Assembly (NCBI GenBank): GCA_023920165.1
Contig: CP089277.1
Location: forward strand, 3,844,001 to 3,908,000
Length of the DNA: 64,000 nt
Reading direction: 5' to 3'
Source of the DNA: Curvularia clavata
Lineage: Eukaryota
Each line of letters opens with the position of its first letter. The first letter of the stretch is position 1. The notes under the pieces were generated by a model. That model worked only from the letters and a program-made list of their open reading frames with translations. It had not been told where the DNA came from and did not search any database. Both the position numbers and the translations under genes were made by a program. This document shows, piece by piece, positions 36,310 through 48,263 of the stretch.

Positions 36310-38331
36310 CCCAGATCGTGGCAAGGGAAAATATGCCTGTGGATCAGCCGTGGTACTCTCTACTGCCGACGCCCTAGCAGCACCCTTGTAGCCGAAATGC
36401 GACGATCATTCCATCTACCGACAGTCTTATGCTGCTCACCACCCGCCTGGACTTAGTAATGTGCTTGTTTCTGACTACTGAAACCCGTTCTGCTGTACAC
36501 TAACCCGGATGCATGAATAAGTCGTTTGGTCGAATGCTGTATCTCAGACCATCCCTGGTGATATTCTCACGCACGTTCCTCGTTTCTCCACTTGGGGAAC
36601 GGCAACCTTTTGACGGCTGGAGACCCTTCCGGATTTTCGTAAGCTGGCAAGAGGAGCCGCGCCTATCATGTTAAAGACTCCAGTGTTGCCCTCGTACCGA
36701 GATATGCATACCATGGGACGAAATGAAAATCTCGGCCATCTCTAGTAGAGAAACAATATCCACCTTTTCTGCTTGGAGTAAGGGAGACGCGCGGAACAAC
36801 AACGGGTATACCTGCTGGGGAATGTTATACTAAGTCTGGGATAGTCAGCAGTTGGCCACATCCTGCGGGTGCACGATGCCGACGCATAGCAAAAGAGCTA
36901 CTTTGTATGTATCTCACCCAAGGCAAAGACCTTCAATGATTACGACAAGGGGACGTGGGCTACAAAGCAGGTTTTAGAGGTTTTCACATTCAGTGTCGCA
37001 GAAATCCGCATCATGATTGGCCGGCTGTGTCTCAGTCCCCTGAACCAAAAAACTGTTCCTTATGTGGTACGACGATCGTAAGGTAGATGTGCAGCTATGG
37101 CCCCACATGCGGCCGTGGTGACCCAAGTCCCTTGCATGGCTGATTGATTTGGACACCTCTACCATTGGAGGGTAGCTTGGTGGAGAGCTTGATGGCAACT
37201 CCAATACTAAAGACAGTACTATAAGGGTCAGTCCAGATGTGTGGGAAAGGATCAATGCTGACCCTTTAGTGCTTACTCCGTACTCCGTACCGTCTGCGAC
37301 ATACATACCCGTCACCTTTACCAGCCACTGTTGGCACAGTATGTAATTCGAGCAACGGCTGACTCTGCGGCTAGCTTGTATTGTACCCCTGAAAGAAGAC
37401 ACCTTTTGTGTTGAAGATGACGTAGCAAAATACGGCCAGCTGGATGTAAATTTAGTATGAGCTGGACGGCGACCTGATAGCTAGAGCAGTGACGGTATCA
37501 TGCACATTGTCCCCCTCGGCACTTTCACCGACTCAGCACATCGGTAAGCGAGCCAACGAGGCATGGTTTGTGTGTTTGGGCCGCAAGGCTGGAGACGCGA
37601 TGGGCGGTCGTAATCCAAGACGCGACCGAGATCAGCTTGAAGGATCCGCAAGCGAAGATTCTCCCCGAAGAACGCTAGGGCGATCGGATCCATTCATTGG
37701 CCCAATGCGCCTCGCCTCGCGTGGCACAGGGTTGTCGCGACGTTCAAACGGTCCGAATTTGACAGGATCGATACTCTGTTCACTCCACAAAAGGCCCGTC
37801 TTGTCACAGCACCGGGCATGGAGGGTACGAAGCCTACCTGCATATGAGACGGAAATCAGTTTGCGCCATGGGTTCAGCGAACGCGGCTAGCGCTAAGCCA
37901 GGGCTGAAATGACGTCAATGATTGGGGGAGAGCATGAGGGATGTGCAGTGCAAACCGTGGTGATGATTGAGGAAATTGGCTGCAGCTCTAGACAAGTTCA
38001 TGAAGACTTTTCCTACAAGTGGCAAGGCAGTCGTGTTCAGGTACAAGGCCCGAGACTATTATCAATTGGCCCTTGTCCAATAGGAATTCCTTCCTCGCAG
38101 ACTTATCGAGCCCCAGCCATCGACGCCCGATCCATGAACCCAGGTCGCCATGCCCAAGATTTGGAGATCACTCCCTCTTTGGGGGCATCCCTGTACAAAT
38201 CCGTAGCAATGATAATACCGCTGGCCTAGTCCAAGCATCCTCAAGATCAATCATCCTAACCATCATCATCAGTATCATCGACAGCATAGACAACCCTAAC
38301 TTCACCCTTGCGGGTGGAACTCTTGGGCAAA

Positions 38332-40100
38332 ATGGCTTGCTCAAATGGTTCTGCACCACTGCTTTTGCCCTGGACCAACAATTCAGTCTCCGCTGACGGT
38401 ACCATCTTCTCCAGAGGCATTTCTTTCGCCATTGGTACACCTCCTCAGCTGTTCTCTTTGACACCTTCAACGATATCTAACAATGCGTTCATCAACAACG
38501 CGGCTCAATGTGGATCGGCGAAGAATAGCAGTTGTATCGGTCAGCTAGGTGGCATCTACAGCAGTACTGCCTCCACTTCTTTCGCCCAGGTAGACTACGC
38601 GACATGGATTGGGAGCAGAGAGTCTGTGAATATGGCATCAGAGAACCAGTACATCTTCTTGAGCGATGCTGCAGCATTTGGCCCAAACAATGCCACTAAC
38701 AAGTTCCCCGTTTTCCCTTTGTACACGACGGGATCTGCCAACAGTAAGTACTCAACTGGGGACACTGCAAATGTTCGATGCACTAATACAACGTAGCGAG
38801 CGTGGATGCTTTCACAGAGAACGACCCAGGCTTTCGAGCAACTCTGCCTTTGGGTATGGACTCTAGCTTTTTGAACTTCCTTGCCGACTCAGGCCAAGCT
38901 TCATCGCGAACGTACGGCCTATGGGCTGGCTCGGAATCAGAAGACGCACCACAATCTGGCTTGCTCGTAGTCGGCGGCTACGACAAGAGCCGCTTCACCA
39001 CTCCACCCACCAAGTTTCCTATGTTCTCTGATTGTCCTACATGCGCTATTGTCACGGCCATGACCTATGACGCCGGTGGTACAAGCACCACACTCTTCGC
39101 GGATGCCGCGGACACTCTCACCGTACAACTGGATCCTTTCTCTTCAGATTTGAAACTTCCACAGGCCATGCTAGATAAGCTCGCGGCTGCGGAAAAGACG
39201 GCCGTTTGGAACGAAACTTCACGCCGATTTGAGTTCCCTACTACTCCGGCTCCCACAGGCACAATCACGATCACGATTTCAGACATGGGCAAACCCGCTG
39301 GCGATGCATCGAAGCCCTCAGTCGCTTCGTACAAGACTGTAATCCCGGCTTCTGAGCTTTTCAACCGACCTAGAGCATATAATGCCGCTGGTGTGCTCGA
39401 AGTAAACAATGCGACCGTTTTCAACATGGCCGTAACGAACCAAACAGACTCAATATCCGTAGGAGTTTTAGGCCTTCCTTTCTTCACGCAGAATTACCTC
39501 ATTGTCGATCCCGATGCAAAGAACTTCCAGCTCGCACCCGCTGTCGTTACAGCTGCCGACCCATTGGGCAAAGACGCCAAGGTAGAGAAAATATGTCGCA
39601 TTCTGCCTGGCACGAAGAAAAAGTCATCCCAGGTTGCTGCTCTGGCAGGGGCAGTCGTTGGCTCGATAATCGGCACGCTCCTTCTCGTCGCTCTCGTCTT
39701 GTACCTCCGGAAGCGAAGGAAGAACGCAAAGGCCCTAACCAACTCAGCCGAAAGACCGATAATTCAACGCTTGGGTGCACATGATTCGGAAGAGAGCAAG
39801 TCTCTCGAGCTGCCGCGTCAAGCTCCGCCGCCACCGCCACCGCCACCACCAGCCGCTCTTTCTTCTTCTACCCTATCAACTGGCGGGATTCTGTTTCCCT
39901 CTCCACCTGTCGGCCGCGCAAGCAGCACACGAGGTGGAAACCACAGCGATCCTCGGAGGGGCTTGGTCCATGATACGTTTAAGAAAGTGGACGAAAGCAA
40001 TGATGGCAGGCTCTTGGATGAAAGACCCATGGGTCTCAGCGAGACGATTCATTCACGCGGGACACTGCCGAGGTTGGCTGCCGAGCATACTGTCGAGTGA
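38332..40100 (+). CDS. Pepsin-like (peptidase A1 fold) membrane-anchored protein, catalytic motifs degenerate; intron 38744-38796
   Basis: RGI..IGTPPQ, GLWAG, G.LVVGGYDKSRF, VLGLPFFTQNYL.VD...F.LA; TM segment LAGAVVGSIIGTLLLVALVLYL followed by RKRRK; poly-Pro tail. The 5' end is uncertain. Confidence 0.75.
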
Positions 40101-41590
40101 TGCGAACATCGCATTCGACGCCTGGAAATGGGAGTTTTCTTTCCCTTGTGTGTTATTCCTCAAAACATTATACCCGAGTGCAGAAAACAGAATTGTGGCG
40201 CATTTTGCGCCGGTACTGCGATGAGCTTCTTTGATTCAAATTAGGTACTAGCTATAATACAGTCGTTCTTTATGTTCGTCATTCTTCTTAGTAAACTTGC
40301 ATAGCGTTCATAACAACAAGCTGGTTTTCCTAGTCACTTGCGCATGATCTGCCCTCAAGCAAGCTCCAAGCAGGCAGTATTCTTTTTTCATAGTGATGTG
40401 ACACAGAATATGCAAGGTATCAGCTGTAGACACGGTGGCATGGTACTTGAAGCACGGAAGGATTTTGTGGCACAGAGTTGGACCAAACTTCAACTCTGGT
40501 CCAGAAGAGTTTTCAGCGAGGAGACACGACTTTGGCTAATAATGCCGATGGATGACCTGCGTTGCAAGTGAAAAGCACATACATTCACTCAACTGATAAA
40601 ACTTTCTTTCCCTAGCGTGTCTGTTGCTGACATGGAGTAACTTTCAGCCGTTCTATCCATCGCGTTTATGATATGTGATATTTTAAGTCTCAAGGGCTGG
40701 AAAATCAAAATCCCCGAAGTTTGAAATTATAATGTAGGATCCTTCAGCTTATATTACACTATAACGGACCTCAATATTTCATATCAGCACATTTCAAAAG
40801 ATATCGATAAATGAGATCTAATAATTTTCAACGAGGATGGTTTGTGTGCTTGTACTATACTCATAACATGAACAAATTAAGCTTGGGCCACAAACACCAA
40901 CACAGGTCACATCTTGCACCTAGCAGGTAGGATTTTGAATTTGATAAGGCATTCTTATGTGAATTTTCACAAACCATTAGGGAATTCGTACTAATGGGAG
41001 TGCGCAGAAAGTCTCATCGTGCGATCTAGACTTTGAGTCTTCCCAGAAAACTTAAACCATCAGGCTCACCAGAAAGCGACTTGAATCTTGTATAACATAT
41101 TTTCTGTTCTTTTTTTGTGTGTGCATCTCTGATTGTGCACTGTGAGCAGTCATATCATAATTGTCCGCTTTCCTCAGCCAAAAAAGTAATTCACAGGGAT
41201 AACTAGCACTGGAATCTCTTGATATTTGTAGACCTTAAAGCGCCTGTCTGTCGGCTGTCGAGACACAAAGCTTTCTATCATTCCTAAAGCAGGAGATGAG
41301 GTGATGTAGAACGGTGATTTGAGCACATGGGTAGAGTTGATGTGAATATCTTTGTATTGTGGGGTGCATTCCAAGAGCAAAGTAATCGCTATCACGAACA
41401 CTGGCCGCTCTATGAGCACTGTGGCTTCTGACTCCTGACAGAGTCTCCAGGAACCAGTCTATCTATATCTATCAGCCATGCTGCCCACGCAGAGGCTGTA
41501 CACTGAAAGGAAGGAGCCGATCTCTCATTCCCTTCAAGAATTCAAAACTCCCACTCATACCGTCGTAAAGCAAACCTGTCTTCAATAGCA

Positions 41591-42427
41591 TCATCTATTC
41601 CCAAAGCTCATCTCCCCGCCTAGCCTCCTCACTTCATCTACAGCAAGGTCCCTCTGTACCTCCAGCTCCTTGATGTAGTTGATTGCTACTGCCAGCACAA
41701 CGCTTTTGCTTATTCTCGCACCACCCATGACGTTGTTCGAATCGGCCTGGACCAGAGAAGGGACGGCTTGGCGTAGCCGCTCGAGCTCTGTGTTTAGCTT
41801 TTCTCGATACTTGCGCTCGACTTCAGTGTGTGGTATGCAATGTGGTCGGGTGACTTTGTGTGTAGGAATGCTTGCTGACGCCTTGGCCGAAGGTGGGAGG
41901 CGGGGGCGGCCTCGCTTGCGCTTGGTGGGCTCGAGAGTAGCGTGAATGAATGTTGCTGGCCGGTTTGGTGGTGGTGTCAGATGTGTCTGTTTGGTGATTC
42001 GAGGCGAGATGGCTGGTGATGCGGGGCTACTGCTACTGCAGGAGTGGACTGAGTTGGTGGTGTGATAGGTCTCTGTCGTTTCGATGTCGAAAGGGGACTT
42101 CCCATAGGCTAGATCGCCTGAATTGAAGCCCAGCCAGGCATTCAGATCGATACCGTTGGCTGTGGGTGCCATGTCGGTCAGTGAGTTTGTGTCGGGAAAC
42201 AGACCAGGGGATGGGCAACCCCAGGAGCTGGCTGCGTCCAGTGATTCCACAGTAGAATAGCAGTGTGAATTTCCATCGATGAGGTAGCCCTGGAAGTAAT
42301 CAGGGGGTTGTGTGCACGAGTCCGCCATGTATAATTCTGGTGTTTCTGGTGAGAAGTAGGCCTCGTTGTTTGGAGAGTATAGCCTTCGGGCATCCATGGG
42401 GTGTGTAGGTAGACTCGAGAAATCCAT
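41591..42427 (-). CDS. bHLH transcription factor with SREBP-type Tyr and an AT-hook-like motif
   Basis: HTEVERKYREKLNTELERLRQAVP...SKSVVLAVAINYIKELE; KRKRGRPR upstream of the basic region. Confidence 0.88.
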   Translation of the reverse strand: MDFSSLPTHPMDARRLYSPNNEAYFSPETPELYMADSCTQPPDYFQGYLIDGNSHCYSTVESLDAASSWGCPSPGLFPDTNSLTDMAPTANGIDLNAWLGFNSGDLAYGKSPFDIETTETYHTTNSVHSCSSSSPASPAISPRITKQTHLTPPPNRPATFIHATLEPTKRKRGRPRLPPSAKASASIPTHKVTRPHCIPHTEVERKYREKLNTELERLRQAVPSLVQADSNNVMGGARISKSVVLAVAINYIKELEVQRDLAVDEVRRLGGEMSFGNR

Positions 42428-45400
42428 CTTGATTGTGTCGACTGAAGTTTGGATAGTTTGTCCATTTCTATTGCATCATGTTCTCGATAATGATATAGCA
42501 AAGATGGTTTGTACTAGCGGCCGTTGTAGGTCCTGACCTTGGACTCAGCTTGACCTTGGCGGATGCGGTCAGCCCTACATTGGACGGGAAGCCAGGATTG
42601 CCAAGGTCCAACAGTGGAGCTAGTGCATGGTCTTTTGCCAGCAATAGGACATGAAGTCACTGCGACCGTTGCATCCGCTAGGGTCTAGACCGCTCGGAGC
42701 GGAGCGAGAAGGGCGGAGATGCTTGCACGTGCAAAACCCTGGACTCCTCAGCCGCACGGGGTGCGGTCTGATAAGATTATCCTGTAAGCCCCTACCACAA
42801 TAATGCACCTACCACCATGATATTCGCCACCGGGCGGTCAAAGACCCTGTGAGGATTCAATGCTTAGCTGTCTCGGTTAGGTACTATTGAGGCTGATCTA
42901 CACAGAGATTGCACTTTGTGCACTGTAGCCTTTCTACTTCTATGTGTGGTGGCGCGATGCCACGCGATAATGCGTTGATTGTTGTTCGATGTGCGGGGGG
43001 GTGTCGTCTCGTTCGATCGCGAATATTCCGTCCAATTGCACCCAACGAGTGGGTCGCTGGCCAAAGACAGATTAGCCCAAACAGCGAAGCCTTCTCCAGT
43101 TCGCCGAACAAATCCTCAGCCGCTTGCATCACCGCCTCTAGGATAGACGCAGAAGAATGTTTCTTGCAGCATGAACTTGGGTACCTTGAACCCTGCCAAC
43201 GTATGGCTTGCATGAGGGAGACGCCGTCTAGCGAAAGAGGCATCGTTCTAATCTACATCTAAATTAGGCCGCATACACTAGACATGTTTCTGATGCATGT
43301 AGGGCATCAGATGCTACCAACAAGAAACTTCTGGCAGATGGCTTCAATCTAAGTCAACCTTCACGGCGCCTACCCGACATTGGCTCTCCCGTAATAGGGA
43401 AATGACAAAGTGACTCCCTTACTTCGTGTGCATAGGAAACACGAGATACAGATTTTACAATTTAATCGTTTAGTTACAGCCATGCAGACAGGATTTCCGC
43501 AAGAGATACTTTCTCACAATAGCTGCCGCTGCTATAATTCCGAGGCAAATTGGATAAATCTTTACCACCAAAAACGTTAGGTGGGCGGGGCGGAGCGTTT
43601 TGAGCACGGACGGGAGAGAATAAGGAACAAATGTAACATTAATACAAGTCGCCGTTTATGTTCGCCGTTTGACGGCATAGCCACCTTACACCGCAATAAG
43701 CGCAGCCCCATGTTCCTAAACGGGCAACTTTAAGGGCATAGCTGTTCCGCTAATCTTACGGCGCAAAATGTCAGCTAAGATGCCCAACACGACAGACAGT
43801 GCGCAAATTTACAACAATAATGTAACATACGCCTCCTACTTCACAGCCACAGCCACAGCCGTATCTATTCAAAGTATCATGCCTAATATCATCGTACGTT
43901 CGGGGTCTCTGCCGCCAGCGAGGGCATTTGAGCACAATGGGATGACCCACTACCAACTGCAATGCTTCCAGGACACAACCCAAACATGCCCAATGAAACC
44001 TCAGTCCTTTAGGCGATCTTTATCTCCTAGACCCCCAGTCAAGATAACTGTTACCATTCCTACCTTGGCATCAAAGTGGAGCATACGTGTACCAAGCAAT
44101 GCCAGCCAGCCACAACGCTGGAAGCCTAACTCCAACCATCTGGAAGCGATCTCGGAAGCCCACTGTGACAGCTTGGCAGCCAACGGGACGGCGACGTACA
44201 CTAGGGTGGAAGCGATACCGTTTGGAAAGGGGAGAGGCTCTTGGCGTGTGTCTTGATGAATAGGAATCCTGGTTGCCAAAACGTCAAGTCGGGAGTTTGA
44301 TCTTGACCGGTATCGGCAATGCTTCCGGTCTTCGGCTGGCAGGGGGGTGTATGGCACTGCCCTGTGGAATGACTTGAGTTGTTCACATTCCCTATGCATG
44401 CGGCTTAACTCCTGTCACTATTCTTATTGGAAGAGCTATGACACTGTTGGAACTGCAGCTGTTCCTGCATTGTTGCATTCAACGAAGCCAGCTCGACAGG
44501 GGTTGCTTGTCCCAGCCACGGCATGTGTTCGACGAATAGGCTCTCTGTATGCATTCAAACCCAGATGGGAAGGTTCCAATGTCTCATCATATCGTATTCC
44601 TGCTGAATCAACAACTCTTCAGATTGGACTCCGTCTCAAACTGCTTTGTCCCATTGCATTACGTACAGCACAGTCATGGTTTCAGTGGTAGCATATCCGT
44701 CAAGGGGCATCAAAGGGTTCATAGAAACTGTCCAAGAATGGAATAGCTTGCTTACATTTGGCCGTAAAATCATGTCATTTTAGCGACAGTGGCGTGCTGA
44801 GAAGCTTCGAGATAAAGAGTCCATATTGATCATTTAAAAAGGGGTTCTGCACATTCTGAAGGCACTGTCTGCGATTACCAAATATGACATATTCCAAATT
44901 CAAGCAGGCGCTGTGATTTACTTTTCTTCTATGCCACTATAAGGTTACCTATTGAGGTCAAGACCTCGTAAAGAAGGTAAACAAATTGATTTCTGGTACT
45001 AGTAAAAAGACACTGCTTCGGACAACGGGTATTAAACAGACCATGATATGCAAGATACGGTCTTGTAGGCGACATGGACTTTTATGCTCCCAAAGGAGCC
45101 AACCAACCCCCTGGAACCCTTGTGCTGTTTGCTCAGCGTGTCCAGTCTATCCAGTGCCGCGAAGCCGGCATCAAAATCCAGTGCTGGACGCAGAATCTTC
45201 TACAGGTGTTTCTGTGAGCAAAGCTTAGAACGACCTTATAATGCAAGTCTGTTTATGCTGTCCTCGCTGGGCGGTTAACAGGACGCCATACTCTTAACAT
45301 AGGATAGGCAACAGTCATCATATCAAGACAATTTGCTTATCTCACACAGTTAAAATTTATCGTCAGCGACTTTTCTGTAGCAGACTTTACAGACTCAATA

Positions 45401-45550
45401 ACTAATAGTAAAACACATTAATGAAGGGTTGCGCAGTACCGTTTGAGATTAGTTACATATTACTGGGTGGAAAGAGTAGTATTGAATGTGTCCGTAGATT
45501 GCCGATACATGTTACCATTACGTCCACCATCTCTCGACGTATTTCCAATC

Positions 45551-47094
45551 TCAATGCACACCATTGACACTCGCATCCTTGACCCCGTTGACCGCAGCGC
45601 CCTTAACCTTATACGTACGCCGATACGCATCGTCCACACTATCCAGATAATATACACCCTCACCAATCCTATCCAGCGGGCCCTGAGGTGTAAAGCTCTT
45701 CTTCCCATACGCCGCTTCGCGCATCTTACAAGCCTCTTCGTATTCCTCAGGCGACGCAACATGCCGGCGATCCAATCTCGCAAACAGATCCACCTTTTCC
45801 ACCATCTCGCTAATATCTCCCACAACCTGCATCGTGAACAGGCTACTCGCAAGACCGCTGCCGTAACTGAACAGCCCGATCGTTTTGCCCTGAAGCGCAT
45901 CGGATCCCACAGACGACAGCACGCTAAGAAGCGAGCAGTACAAACTAGCAGTGTACATATTACCACATCGACTGGGCGCTTCAATACACGACTCAATACG
46001 TTCTTTAAACTGCGGTTTGCTCAACTGAACAAACGTCGTTTCGAGCTCCTTTGACTGCTGTGATTCCTCGTACGACAAGTTGTGCAGGTGTTTAGGTACG
46101 CTAGCAAAGGCTGGGTGGGATGTCTTGTCCTGCAGGAAATCATGGTACAAGAGCCGGCCATACGATTTCGAAACGAGTTTGCAGTTAGGCGTGTGGAATG
46201 CCATGTGATCGAAGATGTCGGTGAAAGTTTTTCTGTCCCGGGAGAGGATGGCATTAGCCTCTGGATACCGTTCGGCGTTGCTTGAGGCGCGTGCAGCCGA
46301 CTTTCGCAGATCGGTATAGCACCCATCGAGTGCAGAGAGGTAGCATGAGATGGAGAGCTTTCCGTCTAGAGTCGGATACTCGGAGTGCATCTCGGGCTTG
46401 TAAAAGTCAAATGTGTTTGTCATGTATGTGCCGCGGAGGCCAGGAACAGAGATGATGGGGGCATTGGGACCGACAAGTATGGCAACGCAGCCAGCTCCGC
46501 CGGTAGGTCTAGCTGAAGGCTGCTTGTAGATGGCGATGTCCGACGCTACAACTATAGCATCTCTGCCATCCCAGGAGCGAGATTCAACCCAGTTGATTGC
46601 ATTGAACAGGGCATTCGTACCGCCGTAGCACGCGTGCACTGTATCTACACCCTCCATGCTGTGGTTGTCGCCGAATAGCTGGGTCAAAATGCTCTTGACT
46701 GACTTCGCTTTATCATATGGGGACTCAGTGCCGACTTCAAGTCTGCCTATAGATTCGGGGTTGATTGAGTACTTCTTAAGAAGCGAGGATACAGCAGTTA
46801 GAGCTAGAGAGCATACATCTGAGATTATTGCTGTCAGCAAATGACAAGCTGCGTTGACGTTCTTGGGCGTCGTACCTTCACGATCGTTGCAAAAATTCAT
46901 TGACTTCAGCCCAAGACCGATTGTGTACTTTCCTGCTGAGACTCCCTGGGCAGTCTCAAATTGAGTCTGGTCGAGAGTCTGTTTAACTGCGTTAGTAAAT
47001 TTTTTGAGAATGTCACAAGCTTGCTAGACGTATTTACCTGGCCAGGGACATATATCTCAATGGCCTTGATGCCCACATTCTTAGGGTAAGCCAT
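45551..47094 (-). CDS. Hydroxymethylglutaryl-CoA synthase (ERG13-like, divergent); exons 47094-47038, 46978-46876, 46818-45551
   Basis: NVGIKAIEIY, GKYTIGLG, GRLEVGTE, ACYGG (catalytic Cys), ARPTGGAG, FHTP (catalytic His), GNMYTAS, FSYGSG. Confidence 0.95.
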
Positions 47095-48263
47095 TTCGTT
47101 GTTTCAAGTAGTTGGGGGATATGAAGATGATTCTATTGTGAGATATATTGTACTTGTAAATAAACAGATTCGTCCAGGTCACTGTTCACTTATGTACTGC
47201 CCTTCCAAATTGGCAAGTCCATGGAACCAGAGCAACACAACAATCAATACGATACTATCTGCTCCAAGTTTCACGCTATGGATCCTGTTTCTTTCCTATC
47301 CAGGCATGTGCGCCGCCGAAAACTGTTCAGAATACTCCTAAGCCACCCCCTGTGGACGACAACAGAGCCGGATAAATAGGTTACGCCGCGCCGTTGTGAG
47401 GGGGCCTAACCAGATAGGCTTCACTAACGACATGACCCCGTTAATTCAGTGAGCAAAATCGCATGACTACTCGGCCGAGAGGAAGAAAGTGGATCTGTGT
47501 ACCTCAGATTGACGGGCTGTAGACTAATCGCAGTCTATGTCTAGGAAGTCTAAAGGACTACCGCCTAGATCGCCAACCTAGAGAATGGTTGTACAAGAGC
47601 TCTACGTGAATTGTCGCTCGTTAACACGCTTTCTTGCTACCTTGCCTTTACTGGCTGACGAACATACGAATTCATTCCTAGAGGAAACCTGGCACTAGGC
47701 CATAAATCATTTTCTCAGATGCGGTCGATGACTGAAGGGGGCAGACGCAGGCACAGCCCATAATACTGGAGATGTAATGGGACTTTAGCCGCTGATAGGC
47801 CGGCAGCAGCGCCCGACAAACCAATCGGATAAGGTTTCGCGCCGTGCCGCACTTAGCGTGTATTAGGTAGGTGTAGTGCTTCTGTGCCTGGTCTAGACAA
47901 CGATACGTCACGTCGTTCGGTACATGCTAGTGAGAGAAACGATAGCTGAGAAACTGAGCAGAGTTACATGGGCGTAACCAACTCTACCCGGCTTTCTTGC
48001 AAAGAGGCCTTTTTCCATCCATGAATTGCAATTACGCATTCCTCTTCAGCTATCCTAACATCTCTACTCACCTACAACGAAACCATTCTTCCTTTCCCTC
48101 ACTTCAACATGAATAACCTACCATACACTCCACCAGAGGGCATAGAACAAGCTGCGAGAAATCCAAAGTGAAGCAACGGACTGTAAAATACACACCCCAC
48201 CCTTCCTCTCCCAACTCCCAAACCGCTCAACATCCCAGTTCCCTAAAACCAAGAACCTCAATC

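Noticed and set aside
36066..38300. Short ORFs between MST1 and the pepsin-like gene; similar ones at 8349-8931, 10625-11344, 53432-55668 and 62778-63927
   Set aside because: No recognisable motifs or consistent exon structure; cannot be supported as genes.
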